A DNA stretch of 64,000 nucleotides from the human T2T-CHM13v2.0 reference genome, Homo sapiens: the NCBI RefSeq assembly GCF_009914755.1, contig NC_060927.1; one strand, 5' to 3'. Numbering within the stretch: position 1 is the first letter of the stretch; each line of letters opens with the position of its first letter. Position numbers and translations under genes: made by a program. Of the stretch, positions 1 to 13,480 are shown piece by piece. The notes under the pieces were generated by a model. It saw only the letters and a list, made by a program, of their open reading frames with translations. It did not search any database and had not been told where the DNA came from.

Positions 1-3000
1 GGGAGCAAGTGAGGGGTGGCAGGGTGCCTGTACAAGCGGGGAAGGGTTAGGGATCCCAGCCCTTATCCTGTGCACAGTTTTGGTTTCTGCCAGCTGGAGC
101 TGTGCAAAGGATTGGCAGTGTGGCCCTCACCTGAGGCAGGGCCTGGGAACCTGAGCATCCCTGGAAGATGCTGAGCTGGGCCTTGGTGGGGATGGGGGAG
201 GAGGGGGCTCAGAAGTACAGCCCAATCCAGGCTGTCTGACAAGCAATGGGGACGGGAGAGTCCCGGATAGCTGGTGAGGAGCCAGGGCTCAGGGTGGGCC
301 CTCTCCTTAAGCCCGAGGTAGGAGGCTGGCAGCAGCACTGACGCAAGTACAGGTGAGGGCAGGGCCCAAAATGTGGCCCTGGGGCCTTCCAGCTTGGCCA
401 GACCAGCCCAACGAGAAGCCAGGGCTGGGAGGGCCAGGCAGGTGGGGAAGGCTTGCAGGCCAGGCCCAATACCTTGAGAAGCCAATGGGCTCCTCAAGGG
501 TACTTCATTCTGGGTGAGGCCCAAGACGTGGCGGCCACACTTCCTCCCATGCCCAGGGATTCTGAGTCTACGCAAGCCCAGGCCTGATCCCTGCCATGGT
601 CACTGCCCAGCAGGGAATCTCCTGGAGTGAGGCCCCAGGGTGGAGCTGCCCATGGGCAACTTCCCTGCTCCCACCCCTGTCTGTCTCTCCCAGACCTCTT
701 ATAGGTCATTGTTGAGAGCTCAAGGTCATAGCTGCCAAAGAAATACCACAGGGCATGGCACTGTAGGCCTTGGAGTGGAGGATGGTGGGGAAGACAGGGT
801 GAGTCTACAATTCTTCCAAAAATGCTAATCTCACTTTGCCACTCCTTGTTTGCAACCCTTCCCTGGCACCCTGCAGGCATTCAGGACAGCATTCAACTCT
901 GACCTTGGCCTACACAGCCCTCCTGGATGGTCTCAATTCCCTCTCCAACCTCATCCTTCCCTCTTCTCCACCTGGTGGGTCACTTTCCATTTCTCTCTGT
1001 CCTGGGTGCCTGAGTGCTTGGACCTGGTACTCAAAGGCCACCCAGCACCCAGATAAGTCCTGCTTACCCTCCACTTGCTGTTCTAGCAACGAAGTGACTC
1101 TGACTCCCAACCAGAGTAGAAGTCACTCCCTGCCTGCAGCCCCACAGCTCCCACCTCTCCCCTGCCAACCCAGTGTACCACTGAGTGGGCCCAGATGCAA
1201 CACTCCTGACAAGTCACTGAGGGTATCACAGTAACAGCCTCTGCCCAGCAATTTCCTTTTCAGCCTGCAGGGTCCTCACGCTCACCGGTCTGGTCACAGG
1301 GTTCACCCTGTTTTGCCAGCTGCCAGCTCATCCAGCCTTCCTAAGTGTGAGTCCTGGGGTTACACTGAGCCTACGTGTGAGGCCTTGGTCACTGTGGGCA
1401 TTATGGCGATGTCCAGGCCAGTGCTGAGATCTTTCCTGTTGCTGAGATTATGAGGGACCCTGAGTCCTTATTCTCTGTCCTGAGTCCCCTCACCTGTGGG
1501 TTCTTCCCATCCCAGGTCCATCACCTCCCTGCATCCCTGTCCTCCCTGCTTTTGGCTTCCTCTGCTGGGACACTCCTGGTGAGGCCACCTGGCCCAGCTT
1601 GTTCCTCCCCTCTCCCTGAGCTTGTCTCAGATCAGGCTTTCTGGATCTGAGTTTACTGCTTGTCCTGTGGCCCTTTTCTGAGATCCTCTCTTCCAGTCTC
1701 TGGGGCTGTCCTCACCCCAACATGCACCTGCTGCCCCAGGGTGCTGGCGAAAGCTCCTCAAGTGGTCATTTATTCACTAAAAGCTCCTATTTGCAGCCTC
1801 TGCCCCACGCCAGGCCTAGGCTGGAGCTGGGGCTGCAGTGTGAACAAGCCAGGTCCTGTCTTCAGAGCCTCACAGCATGGTGGGCAAACAATTCACAGAA
1901 TCATGTTGCCTGTCACTGCAGGAGACAGAGCAAGGTCCTGTGGAGGATGGCGGGTAAATGGGGTACTGTCTGGCAGAGCAACTGGGAATATGTATTTGAG
2001 CCTTTGCAAACTCTCCAGCTATTTGACCTCAGCTGCTTACCTGCTCACACCACCTCCTGATAGCCTCTGTGGTGCTCACTGATCTCTGACCACAGCTTTA
2101 GGTACAAGTGTCCAAGAAATTCCTTCACCTTGAGCTGACCACCTGCTCTTTTCTCCAGCTCATAGGCTCCACATGGGCTGACCTCTTGGCTGCCCCTGGA
2201 TTGGGGGCCCTTCTGCTTGGTGTACCAAGCCCCCGAGAGGGTGCCTGTCACTCAAGGACTGCTGGAGGAAAGAAGGGCTCTCTGATCCCTAGAAGGAGGC
2301 CACCTCTGGTCCTGCGCAGCTGAGAGGGGCTCCACACAGATCCTCCTCCTCTAAATGTCTGTTTTCCTCCTGTGTGAACCAAAGGGCTCACTTGTTGTTT
2401 CTGCTGCTTTTAAAATTGTGAGTAGATATGTTTTTTGCCAGGGCAGCTTGCTCCAGGATCTCACAGGAACAGAGGGCATGGTGCCTACAGCAAAGCCAGT
2501 CTGCCGTGGGACTGCCGGCCTCTGCCTGCTGCTGAGTGGGGCAGGCAGGATGTGCAGAGGGGCTGGCCTGATCCCATGGTCCTGAAGACAGGACCAGCTT
2601 TGGGAGGAAGCTGAGTTTGTCTGCATGAAGGAGCTGCATTTGCACCTGCCGACCCCCTGCAGGTGAGTGTCCCAAGGTGCAGGGTGAAGGCTGTAGGTAG
2701 AAACTAGGTAACTGCCTTAGCATGCCGTAAGCAGCCCTCCCAGTGCCTGTATCTCGCCTGGTACACCTCTTCCTACAAGTACGACGACCCCGGTTGCACC
2801 CAGCTCCTCAGCAGCCGCCCACTACTGTCATGCTCTGAAGCCTGGTCCACAAGGCCCTTCTGATCTGACCCTGTCTCCTTCTCCACCTGAGTCCCAGCCC
2901 CCAGGAAATGCTCTGTTCCCCGACAGGGTTGTGTCAATCCATATCCTGTGCCTTTATACACACTGTTAGGGCTTCGTCTATCCCTCACATCCCAACAGTC

Positions 3001-3289
3001 TTCTGCAACTCCCCACAGCCCTGCACTTCCCCACCCACCCCCGCCTCACCACTAGGGAGTCTTACCTAAGGCTCTGGGTAGGCACCTCTTCCTCCTATGA
3101 GACGTCTGTGGACTCCCCTAAGCAAAGTGGAGCATGCCTGCTCTGCGCTACGACTGTGGCAGCCCCCATCACCTGCCTGTTGTCTTCTCTGCCACTATGA
3201 CATTTCAGAGGAAAGGATCCATGTCTTCTCTGTTGTATCCCCAGGGATTGGCAGATGGAATTGCTCAATAAACATTCAACAAAGTATCT

Positions 3290-3730
3290 GTCTTAGTCAA
3301 GATTCCTTTGCTTACAAGTTTAAGCAAAAAGAAGTTTCTCTGGGAAAGTTCTCATAACTGCAGGAAGAGAAGGGTGTAGGTGGGCCTCAGAGACAGCTGG
3401 AACCAAGGACTGACACCGCACCAAAATTCACTTGCACCTTCTGCCCTCGCTCCAGTTCCTCCCCATGGTGAAAGACTTGACTATAAATGGCTCCAGCACT
3501 TTCTGGCTCCAAATCCACAGGGGAAATAAGCTACTTCTTTATATTCTCACACTGAAAAATTTCAGGGAAGAATGCTGACTGACCCAACTTGAGCCAATTA
3601 CTCAACCTTGGACCAATCACTGTGAAGAGGGTATCCAGGAATATGGCATTTCCCATTCAAAGATCATGGTCAGAAAAGAGTGAGGAGTGGATCCTGGGAG
3701 ATGGAGGATGCTGTTCTGGGCAGACAAAAT
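3290..3730 (-). mobile_element. Old MaLR LTR (MLT1J/K-like) remnant
   Basis: Motifs such as tgactgacccaacttgagccaa...cttggaccaatcactgtg, typical of MLT1J/K. Confidence 0.55.
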
Positions 3731-4489
3731 GGAGTTAAACATTACAAGAAAGAATGATTAAGTAAATGAATGAGCCAAGAGCTACACATGTCCTTACAGA
3801 TAATGGCACAATTTCCACAGTGTTTGCAAAGAATTCTCTCTGGTTCTTACTGTAGCCCTATGAATCCACATCTCACATATGAGGAAAGACGGTCAAAGTT
3901 ACAAGTGAAAAAAATGCAGCCAGGATTCCACCCCCTGATGGCATATTAGATGTGTGTACTTGGAGTTTTTCCTCCCACAGAAGTGTGGGCAGCTAGACCT
4001 CTCCTGAGCAGTCACTGGAGAAGAGGGCAAGTGTTTATCTGTGAGGGAGGGAAAAGGGATTCTGTCAAGGGTTAGCTCTAAGCCCATTTCTGCACCAACT
4101 CTCATGTTGGGAAACCTTTTCTTGCCTCAGTCAGCATGAGAACATAACTGCTTCTTTGGGGATTTGAGACCATGCCATCTTTGCTTTAGTGTTAAACTGT
4201 GATTATTTTAGCTTGTATCTGGAGCCCTAAGGGCCCAGGACATGGAGGTCATTATCCAGAACCAGACACAGATGAGAGGCCCTTGACTTGGGACTTAGAG
4301 GGCAAATGGGCAGCTCAGTTTTCACTTCCTACTAGCTCTCTGACACACACACCAGGGAATTCACTGCTTTTTCCTGTGCCTTTATTCTAACACATGGCAC
4401 TTGCTGCAGTGCCTCATAGTCAGGGGGCTAGACTTGCTTCTTAAGGTCAAGGCCTGAATCCGTTTATCTTATCCTCTCAGAACTTGAAG

Positions 4490-5045
4490 TCTATGGTAGA
4501 TGGTTTGCAAAGATGGCTTCAATAACCCCTCCCATTCCTATGTGCATGCCCCTTTGCAACATAACTCTGCTACTTTTTCCTTGAAGAGGTCAAGTCTCTT
4601 TCCCTACCCCTTGAATTTGGGCTTGCCTGTGACTTGCTTTGACCACCAGAATGCAGCAGCCTAGTCCTCAAGAGGCGTTGCAGCTTTTGCTCTTGTCCTC
4701 TTAGCATCTGCCAATCTACATGTGAACATGCCTGGGCTAGCCTGATGGAGCATGACAAGCCACGTGGAGTAGACAAATACCATCCCAGTTGAGGCTCACC
4801 AGACCAACTCACTACAGCCAGCACCAAGTGTCAGACATGAATATGACCTTCTTGGACCTTCCCCCTCAGTCAAGCCACCAGAAGACTGCAGCCCCACTAA
4901 TGAGCCCAGGGGAGACTAAGGAAAGAATCTCTCAGCTGAGCCTAGCCTTAATTGCTGACTTACAGAATTATGAGCAAATAAAATAGTTGTTTTCAGCAGC
5001 TAAGTTTTGAAGTGGTGTGTTACACAGTGATAGAAAATGGGTACA
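4490..5045 (+). mobile_element. MaLR LTR (older MLT1 family)
   Basis: tttccctaccccttgaatttgggcttgcctgtgacttgctttgacca ... aaataaaatagttgttt...ctaagttttgaagtggtgtgttacacag. Confidence 0.7.
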
Positions 5046-5059
5046 GGGTAGTTCTTAGT

Positions 5060-5509
5060 TGTAGTATGTTGAATTGCCTCTTCCCAAAAAATATGCTCAA
5101 GTCCTAACCCCTGATACCTGTGAATGTGACCTTATTTAGAAATAGGGTCTTTGCAGATGTAATCAAGTTAAGATGAGGTCATACAGGATGAGGGTGGGCC
5201 CTAAATCCAATGACTGATGTCTTTATAAGATTTGGATACAGAGACACAGAGGAGACACAGGGAAGAAGGCCATGTAATGACGAGGGTAGAGATTGAAGTG
5301 ACTCAACGTATAAGCCAAGGAATACCAAGGACTGCCAGGAGCCATCAGAAGCCAGGAAGAATTCCCCCTTAGCATCTTCAGAGGGAGCATGGCCCTGTGA
5401 ACACCTTGATTTCAGACTGCTAGCCTCCAGAACTGTGAGAGAATACATTCCTGCGTTAAGCCACCCAGTTTGTGACCATTTGTTATGGCAGCTCGAGAAA
5501 ATTAATACA
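5060..5509 (+). mobile_element. MaLR LTR (MLT1B/C-like), near full length
   Basis: gtcctaacccctgatacctgtgaatgtgaccttattt...gggtctttgcagatgtaatcaagttaagatgaggtcatac ... gccacccagtttgtg...tttgttatggcagc. Confidence 0.85.
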
Positions 5510-5828
5510 CGAGTTCAGAATTTTGCTCAGAAAGTGCCAGCTGGCTGAATGGAGAAGCTGAGAAGTGGAGGATAATTAACTTGCCCTTTTGGCACCTCGC
5601 CCCTCCATTGACTTCAGTCACCATGCTGCTGGGTCACCACCTCCCAGGGCTCAGACACCTGCATCTTCTGCCCAGCCCTCGGGGGTCTGGCTCCAGGTCT
5701 GCACACACACACGAACCCGGGCACAGTGCTCAGGGCATTCTTTATGTATGCGTATATACACACTTTTTTTTCTGCACATAAAAATAGTTCGTGAAAATCT
5801 AAGTAAGCTTAGAAAATATAGCAAAGTA

Positions 5829-6109
5829 GGCCAGGCGTGGTGGCTCATGCCTGTAATCCCAGCACTTTGGGAGGCTGAGGTGGGTAGATTACTTGAGGCC
5901 AAGAGTTCAAGACCAGCCTGGCCAGCATGTCAAAACCCCATCTCTACTAAAAGTACAAAAATTAGCTGGGCATGGTGGCGGCCACCTGTAATCACAGCTA
6001 CTTGGGAGACTGAGGCAAGAATCACTTGAACCTGGGAGGTGGGGGTTGCAGTGAGTCGAGATCATGCCACTGCACTCCAGCCTGGCGAGAGAGCGAGACT
6101 CTGTCTCAA
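5829..6109 (+). mobile_element. Alu (S-type)
   Basis: Alu dimer consensus; TSD tatagcaaagta at 5817-5828 and 6122-6133. Confidence 0.97.
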
Positions 6110-6134
6110 GATATATACATTTATAGCAAAGTAA

Positions 6135-6508
<374 letters not shown>

Positions 6509-6859
6509 AACATTTCATTTTTAAATTGTTATAGTCTTTTCATTTATACAAATATTGGTATATGATTTTTCAAAGCAAAAAATGGGATCATACTGTTGAT
6601 CCCACTGTGCTGTTTTGTATCCTAGGTTTTTTACTTAATAATATGCAAAGGACATTTTTCTGTGTCAATAACTATGAATCTGTTTATTCAGCGCATATTA
6701 ATTGAATACCCACTATGTGTAAAGCACTTTCCATAATACCAGGATTCAATCATGAATAAAGATAGTGCATTCACAGTCCCTGTCCACATCCTCATGAAGT
6801 TTATAGGCTCCCAGGAGGGGACACAGGCATCTAGCAAATAATTACACACATACCTTTTT

Positions 6860-7610
6860 GACTTTTTTCAATTTTGAGATGATTTCAGACTTACAGAAGA
6901 GTTGCAGAAATGATGCAGAGAGCTTCCACATACCCTTCACAAGGCTTCCCCGGAGATTAATATCTCACATAACTATACAGTATGACAATTATGAAAACTA
7001 AGAAATTAATATTGGCATAATGCCATTCAGCACAGACTTTCTTTTCTACTTTTTTTTTCCTGTTCTGGGATCTGATCCTGTGTCTCACTTTGAATTTGAT
7101 TGTCGTGTTTCCTTAATCTCCTCCAATCTGTGACAGTTCCTCAGTCTTTCCTTGTCTTTCATGACCTTAAGGCTTTTCTGAGTACTGGGCAGTTGTTTTG
7201 TAGAATGCCCCTCAGTTTGGGTTTGTCTGATGTTTTCTCATGATTAGATTGAGGTTATGCCTTATTGGGATGGATACCACAGAAGTGACATGCCTTTCTC
7301 AGTGCATCCTATCAAGGGGTACAGGATGTCAACGCAACTTATTACTGGTGACGTTAACCTTGGTCACTTGGTTAAAGTGAAATCTGCTAGGTTTCTTCAC
7401 TCTCAAGTTACTATTTTCCCCTTTGTAATTAATAAAAATTTGTTTTGGGGAAAATATTTTGAGACTATGTAAATATCATATTTCTTAAACTTTCACCCAC
7501 TGAGTTTAATATCCATGGGTGGATCTTGCCTTCAGGGGCATCTGGTATTCTAATGGTGACTTTGTATTTCCTTCTGTATTCACTGAGTGGACTTCTTCTG
7601 TAACAGAGAG
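6860..7610 (-). mobile_element. Old L1 (L1MC-like) 3' end fragment
   Basis: ttcagacttacagaagagttgca...; ggcagttgttttgtagaatgcccctcagtttgggtttgtctgatgttttctcatgattaga. Confidence 0.7.
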
Positions 7611-9259
7611 CTGTCACAGACACTTCTTTAGTGACAGTAGTGAAGAGTTTTACAAGGATGCAAGGAGAACCTGAAACAGGATGACCCAACTCACTATGTA
7701 GTAGTTGGGGAAATCTTCCCTGAAGAGGTGACATTAATGCTAATTTTTGAAAAATCAAAAGGACTCATCAGGGCACTGGGTTGGGGGTGAAGAGGAGAAT
7801 GTTCCAGGCTCAGGGAAGAACATGCACAAGATCTCTACCCATAGCTGACAGATACTGACATGAAACTGCATGAGAGACAGGGTGGGTAGAAACCTTGGCC
7901 ACCTGGAGGGACTTCCTCATCTGAAGGACGCAGCTGCTTCTTGCTCCAGCCAGAGTCATGTCAAGTGGAAATGAGGGTCTAGTGTTGCCAGAGTTTTTGA
8001 TGTTCAAGAGAAGCTGGACATCTGGATTTTTTTCCCATAAAACTTCTCAATCTTCTTAATGTTCGCAAACAATCCCCTTCTCCTTCATAGCCAAACAAAA
8101 CCTGTGAACTAATGTTTTTTTTACCTGTGCATGGCTGAACCACAATTTATTTATTTGTCTCCTGGGGCTGGACCTTGAAGTTATTTTCGATGGTTCCCTG
8201 TTATAAACAATTCTGAATGAACATCCTTGGACAGACAACCTGAACACCTTCTCTAGCTATGAAAATTTGCACCAGACAGCCACTTGTGGCCTCACAACTG
8301 CCAGACCCTGTGGCCTCTTCAGGCCCATCCTCTTTCCCTCTTCCTTCCCTACAGGTCTTCACATCCTGTTGGTGCCCCAGTTCTCCTTCTACTTTTCTAA
8401 CTGTTCTTTTCAATTTCCTTCAATGTCTTAGTCAACTCCACCTATGGCTGCAATGGAATCCATATCACTTGTAAGGAGTCTATGAGGTGATCTGGGCTGT
8501 GGTCCCACAGAAGCTCACCTGGGCTGAGAGCACAGCTGGTTGGTCATGGGGGCATTTCAAGCCAAAGCCCTGGCCTGGCTGACTCTGCTGCTCTGTTTCC
8601 TGGAAGGGAAGGGCCTGAGGCTGGCTCAGCAAGCACACTGGTTGCTAAAAGACCAGCAAATACGTTCTTGCTGTATTCTGCCTTGCTCTGATAAGGCAGG
8701 TATGGAGGAGATGAAGAGCTAGAAGTCTGGTGCCAGAATCCAGAGAGGAGTTCCCACCACACAGGACAGAAGAACCAGGGATCCTCTTAGAGCTGGCAGG
8801 CAGGGCACCCAGCTCTCTGGCTGTGCCCAGCTTTCTTCCTATGGTGCCCTCTTGTGCCATGGCCTTTGTGTTGTGACTGGACTGTCCTTATTGTGGGCAT
8901 AAACAGCCAGCCTGAAATGGGGTAGGGGGACAGAGGGTGAGAGGGAGGGCAACTTCCCTTGCCCCCAGGGCTTTTATTCAGGGAGAAAGAAAAGCTTTCT
9001 TTCCTGTTTGTCTTGAAGCACCCCTCATCTGTGTCCAGATAGCAGGTGAGGGTGGTGCCCAGCCAGCTGCTCCTGGGGAGCACCTTGTGCTCTTTGGGTC
9101 TTGGATTGACTCAAATGGTGCCTACTGGAAGAGACTGCCACATTTTTGAAGTTATGAATAAAAAGAAGCTATAACAGAGTCTGGCTGTCAGTGGACATCC
9201 TTCTAAAATAATTGTAAAAATAATAAAAGCATAAAACAATAATAAAAGTTAGCATAAAA

Positions 9260-9450
9260 CAATAATGTCCCCATTTACTGAACACTTAGTCTATGCCAGG
9301 CATCATGCTAAGGGGTCGTCATTTATTATCTCATTTAATCCTCATGTCAGCCCCCAGAGTTTAGATTAATAACTGTGGTCTCAGGATGAGCTTAAGAAAC
9401 CTGCTTAGAAGTTGCATTAAGATCATACCTGTCAACAAGGACAAGCTTGA
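9260..9450 (-). mobile_element. MIR
   Basis: catttactgaacactt...atctcatttaatcctca, MIR core reversed. Confidence 0.6.
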
Positions 9451-10009
9451 CTGCCACAGGGTCCACAGATCCCTACCCAGACCACAGCAGATAAGACCCT
9501 GCTTTCCACAAAATATCCACTCATCTGTCTTATGTTTGCTCATGGCAGTCCTAGATCATATGTCACCACCTGAGACCTTGGCATGTTTCCTTAGTCTGGG
9601 GGGACCTGTATGTGGAGAGAGGGCCCCACGTCCCCATAAGCTTCTGCCTCTTGGTCTGGAACCTAAAGTGAGACACCCTTGACTGTAGTGGAGCAAGCCA
9701 CCCAATGCCCCCTCATTCAGCAAGGGCTTCATTCTAAGTTTGGGTTTTTTATAACCTCCCTTGACTCTCCAGTTTATGTGGATTATGCATACTTAGACAT
9801 TTGTGATAATATGATGGTCACTATTCCTAGTGTGAACTCTTTGGAGGCCCATGAGATCCTGTGTTTTATAGATTGACTTTTTCATTCACTTGTTGAGGTT
9901 CACTGAGCACTCTCTGTGCCTGGCATTGCTAGAGGGAATGGGGACAATGTGGCGAGTGGGGCATATGCAGCCCTTCCTTCCTGGATCACATTCTTGTGGG
10001 AAAAATACT

Positions 10010-10720
10010 CAGTGAAATACTAGCAAAATGAAGTTAGTAACATATATGAAGGAGTATACTGTATGACTCAATGAGATTTATCCCAGGAATGCAAGGTTGG
10101 CTTAACATCTGGATATCAATGTTATCCAGAATTAATAGAATTAATGACTAAACCACATGATCATTTCAATAGATGCCAAAAAAGCATTTGAAAACATTTA
10201 ATACTCTTTCAGGATGGAAACATTCAACAAACCAGGAATAGAAAGGAATTTCCTCAGTCTGATAAAGGGCAACTATTTTCTTTTTGTTTTGAAAACATCA
10301 CAGCTTAACATTATATTTAATGGTGAAAAATTGAATGCTTTCCCCCTAAGATCAGGAACAAGGTAAGGATATTTGTTCCCACAAATTCTATTCAACATTG
10401 TACTGAAGCTTAGGCAAGAAAATGAAATAAAAGGCATCAAGATTGGAAAGAAAGAACTTAAACTATCTTTATTTGTAGATGCCATAATCTTGCAGTATAT
10501 AGAAAATCCTAAGGAATCCACTAAAAAACTGTTAGGACTGATAAGCAAGCTCAGCAAGGTGACAAAACATAAGATCAATATACAAAAATGAATTTTATTT
10601 TCATGTACTAGAAATAAAATATCAGAAAATGAAATCAAGAAAGCAACTACATTTATAGTAGTATTACTAAGAATAAGATATCTAAGAATAAATTTAATAA
10701 AAGAAGTATAAGACTTATAC
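10010..10720 (+). mobile_element. L1M ORF2 (reverse transcriptase region) fragment
   Basis: tttatcccaggaatgcaaggttgg; translation remnant [43 protein letters not shown]. Confidence 0.9.
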
Positions 10721-11124
10721 ATTGTTCCTACTACATTCTAGTGGCAACAGTTGAGAAAATGGAGGGACGTCAGCTTGGCCAGGCCACATTGTCAGGGAGG
10801 TACAGGCACACCCAGCAAGAATTCTCTGTCACAGCCTTGGGAATTCATGCCAGTTTGCAGCTGCTCTGCCCGACTTCAGCGCCCTTTTGCCCCATTTAGG
10901 AAGGTGGTGTTGGCTGTGATCACAGCCCTGCAATTAATGTCTCTATTTCAAGTTATGTAGGTGATGGGAACTCAGTGGTACAAAGTCCAGAATGGCCTCT
11001 TATTTTGAGAAACTTTCCAGGGGCCCTGGCCTCTTCAGGCCTTATACACAGGCTGCACCTTGGAATGTTGGTTATCTACTGCTTCCTGCTGCTGGCAAAA
11101 ATGCAAAGTTTAAAAAATAAGTCT

Positions 11125-11365
11125 TTTATTTTAGGACAGTTTTAGATTTGAAGAATCATTAAGATAGTATAAATAGTTCCTGTATACCCTGCACCCAGTT
11201 TCCTCTATTATTAACACTTTTGCATTAGTAAAGTACATGTATCACAATTAAAATTGTCATTAACTAAAGTTCATGTTTATTTTCTGTCCCAGGATCCCAT
11301 CCGGGATACCACAGTACCTTTAGTTGCCATGTCTCCTTAGATCCCTCTTGCTTTTGATAGTTTAA
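11125..11365 (-). mobile_element. L1MC-like 3' fragment
   Basis: cagttttagattt...ttcctgtataccctgcacccag...gtcccaggatcccatccgggatacc. Confidence 0.6.
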
Positions 11366-11399
11366 AATGCAAGTTTTAGCTTCAACATGAAGATGTTGA

Positions 11400-11625
11400 G
11401 AAAGTCTGAGATCTGGAGTCAGACAAGCCTTGACTCATATCTGAGCTCTGCCCCTATTAGCTGAAGACCTAGAGTAATTTATTTAAGCCCTCTGAGCCTC
11501 AGTCTCCTCATCTGTAAAATGGAGGCAATAAAATCTAACTTGCAGGGCTGTATCTTGCAAGATAATACATGAAAAACACCCAGCACAGTGCCTAACACAC
11601 TGGTGTGCTAAAAAATAACACTATT
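11400..11625 (+). mobile_element. MIR
   Basis: ctggagtcagac...ctctgagcctcagtctcctcatctgtaaaatgg...cagcacagtgcct. Confidence 0.85.
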
Positions 11626-12934
11626 CATAATGTGTCCCCTGCCTCACCCGTCCTTCCCAGCGCTACAGTCCCTGGTAAGCCACTGCCCTCTTCTTCTCCT
11701 AGTCTTTGCTGTGCTGAGCAGGAGCCCTTGCCGCTGACACACACTCCATAGCTCCGGTGCTGCATAGACCCAACCTAACTCACTGGTATGGGAAGGCAGC
11801 ACCTACTAACACTGGCTGTCTCACAACAGCTGGATTTTCCCCAAGTCTTTTCCAGTCACCGTAGGTCCCAGCATGTGAGCCAGTGCTCCTTGTCATGGTG
11901 ACCTACTTGTCAGGAATGCACAAGGCTGTCGGCCCCTGGCTTTGAGTCAGTACCCAGAAGCTCTGAGTGTTCTCCTGGCCAAACCTGATCCCCACCCTGG
12001 TCTTGCCCTTCTGAAGGCCTGCTGGTGAAGGGATAAGCCTGCTGCCTGCTCCTTCAGGGCTGTATTGGTAGGGCCACCAGGACACATGAGTGAATTTTGT
12101 CCCATTCATCTGTTTGCCATTGACTGCAGATGCTGGGTGTTTGCTCAGAATAGAAATTCTCCTGTAGGAAGACTGAGTCCATGTTTAGGGGACCCATGTG
12201 TGCCTGCCTGAGGGGGTGTGTGTTGGGCGTGGGTGTGCATTCAAGCCTCCAAAAATGTGTATGTGTGTGCAAGTGTGTGTATAAGTGCGCATGCCCATAT
12301 TGTTTACCTGGAGGCTTATGATGGGTGTTTGTGGCAGGTGTGCATGTGGACAAGCCCATGAGTGTATTTCATGCCTGTGTGTTTGGTGTGAAAGTGTATG
12401 TATGCATGTGGTGTGCATGAGCAGGCGTGGAAGTGCATACAATGGAGGAAGGAATCTTCATCTTGCCACATGTCTCCTGTGCCATATAACCCGGGCTCAG
12501 ATGCAGAAGCCAGTCAGATGGATAGAAACTTCCTCACAGTCATGGCCCTGTGCCTATAGATGCAGAAGCAGGGCTCAGACCACGTCCTGGGTTAAAGCAC
12601 CTCTTGTGTTCAAAGCTGGAGGTAGATGCACTGAGCACAGAAAACAATGTCATTTTATTAAAAGAATGGCCTGTGTTGTGAGTGACCCTCATATCAGGTG
12701 TTGAGAGCTGGCTTGTAAAGAAAGAAGGTTCTGAAAGGAGAGGAGACCAGGTAGAATGTAACTGTGGCCCCACTCAGGATGCTGGTGGGCCTGGGATGAT
12801 TTGGGGGGCCTTTCCTTCACAGGTGTCCCTCCTACAATGCTCCCTTGCTTCCTGCCCCTGCCCTTCGCCCCTCAGCGGGGCTTCAACCAGTTGAAGTCCA
12901 AGTTTATAAATTCTCTTTCCTTTTATTAAAGCTT

Positions 12935-13480
12935 CTATCTGGAATGCGCATTTCTCAGTTACACACATGGCTCACTCCCTTACCTCCTTCAAATCTTTGC
13001 TCAAATGTCACCTTCTTAATAACGCCTCTTTAAAACTGCAACTCTCCCGCAGCCCCACCACCTTGCTTCAAACTCCTCATCCCTCTTGTCCTTCCCTTTT
13101 TTCCCCCAAAGCTCTTGTCACCTTGGCACACAGTGTGGACCAGCACTGCAAGAGGACACACATACAGAAATTGAGGGGATGCATTTGGAAGCTTCTATGC
13201 TATAGCATCTCTAGCTATGGGATCTCTAAATTTGATATTGCTCAGAAATCCAAATGCAGATTGAAAAAAAACAACTGATTTTTCACCACAGAGAGTTTAA
13301 GAATTATTGTTCTCCCATACTCTATCAAGTTTAGTTTCCTGTTTGTCTTCCCCCACCCCACTCCTGCTAGAGTGAAGTTCCATGGGGCAGGGATTTTGTC
13401 TGCTTTATTCCCCATTGACTCCCCCCAGTATCTAGAATGGGTGTGGTACATGCTGGGTCCTTAATGGCTATTAGTTGAGT
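12935..13480 (+). mobile_element. L2 fragments
   Basis: catggctcactcccttacctccttcaaatctttgctcaaatgtcacctt; ctagagtgaagttccatggggcagggattttgtctgctttatt. Confidence 0.65.

Noticed and set aside
2750-2865. Small CpG cluster with a codon-like stretch (YKYDDPG...)
   Set aside because: No convincing splice sites or recognisable protein; too short to support a call.
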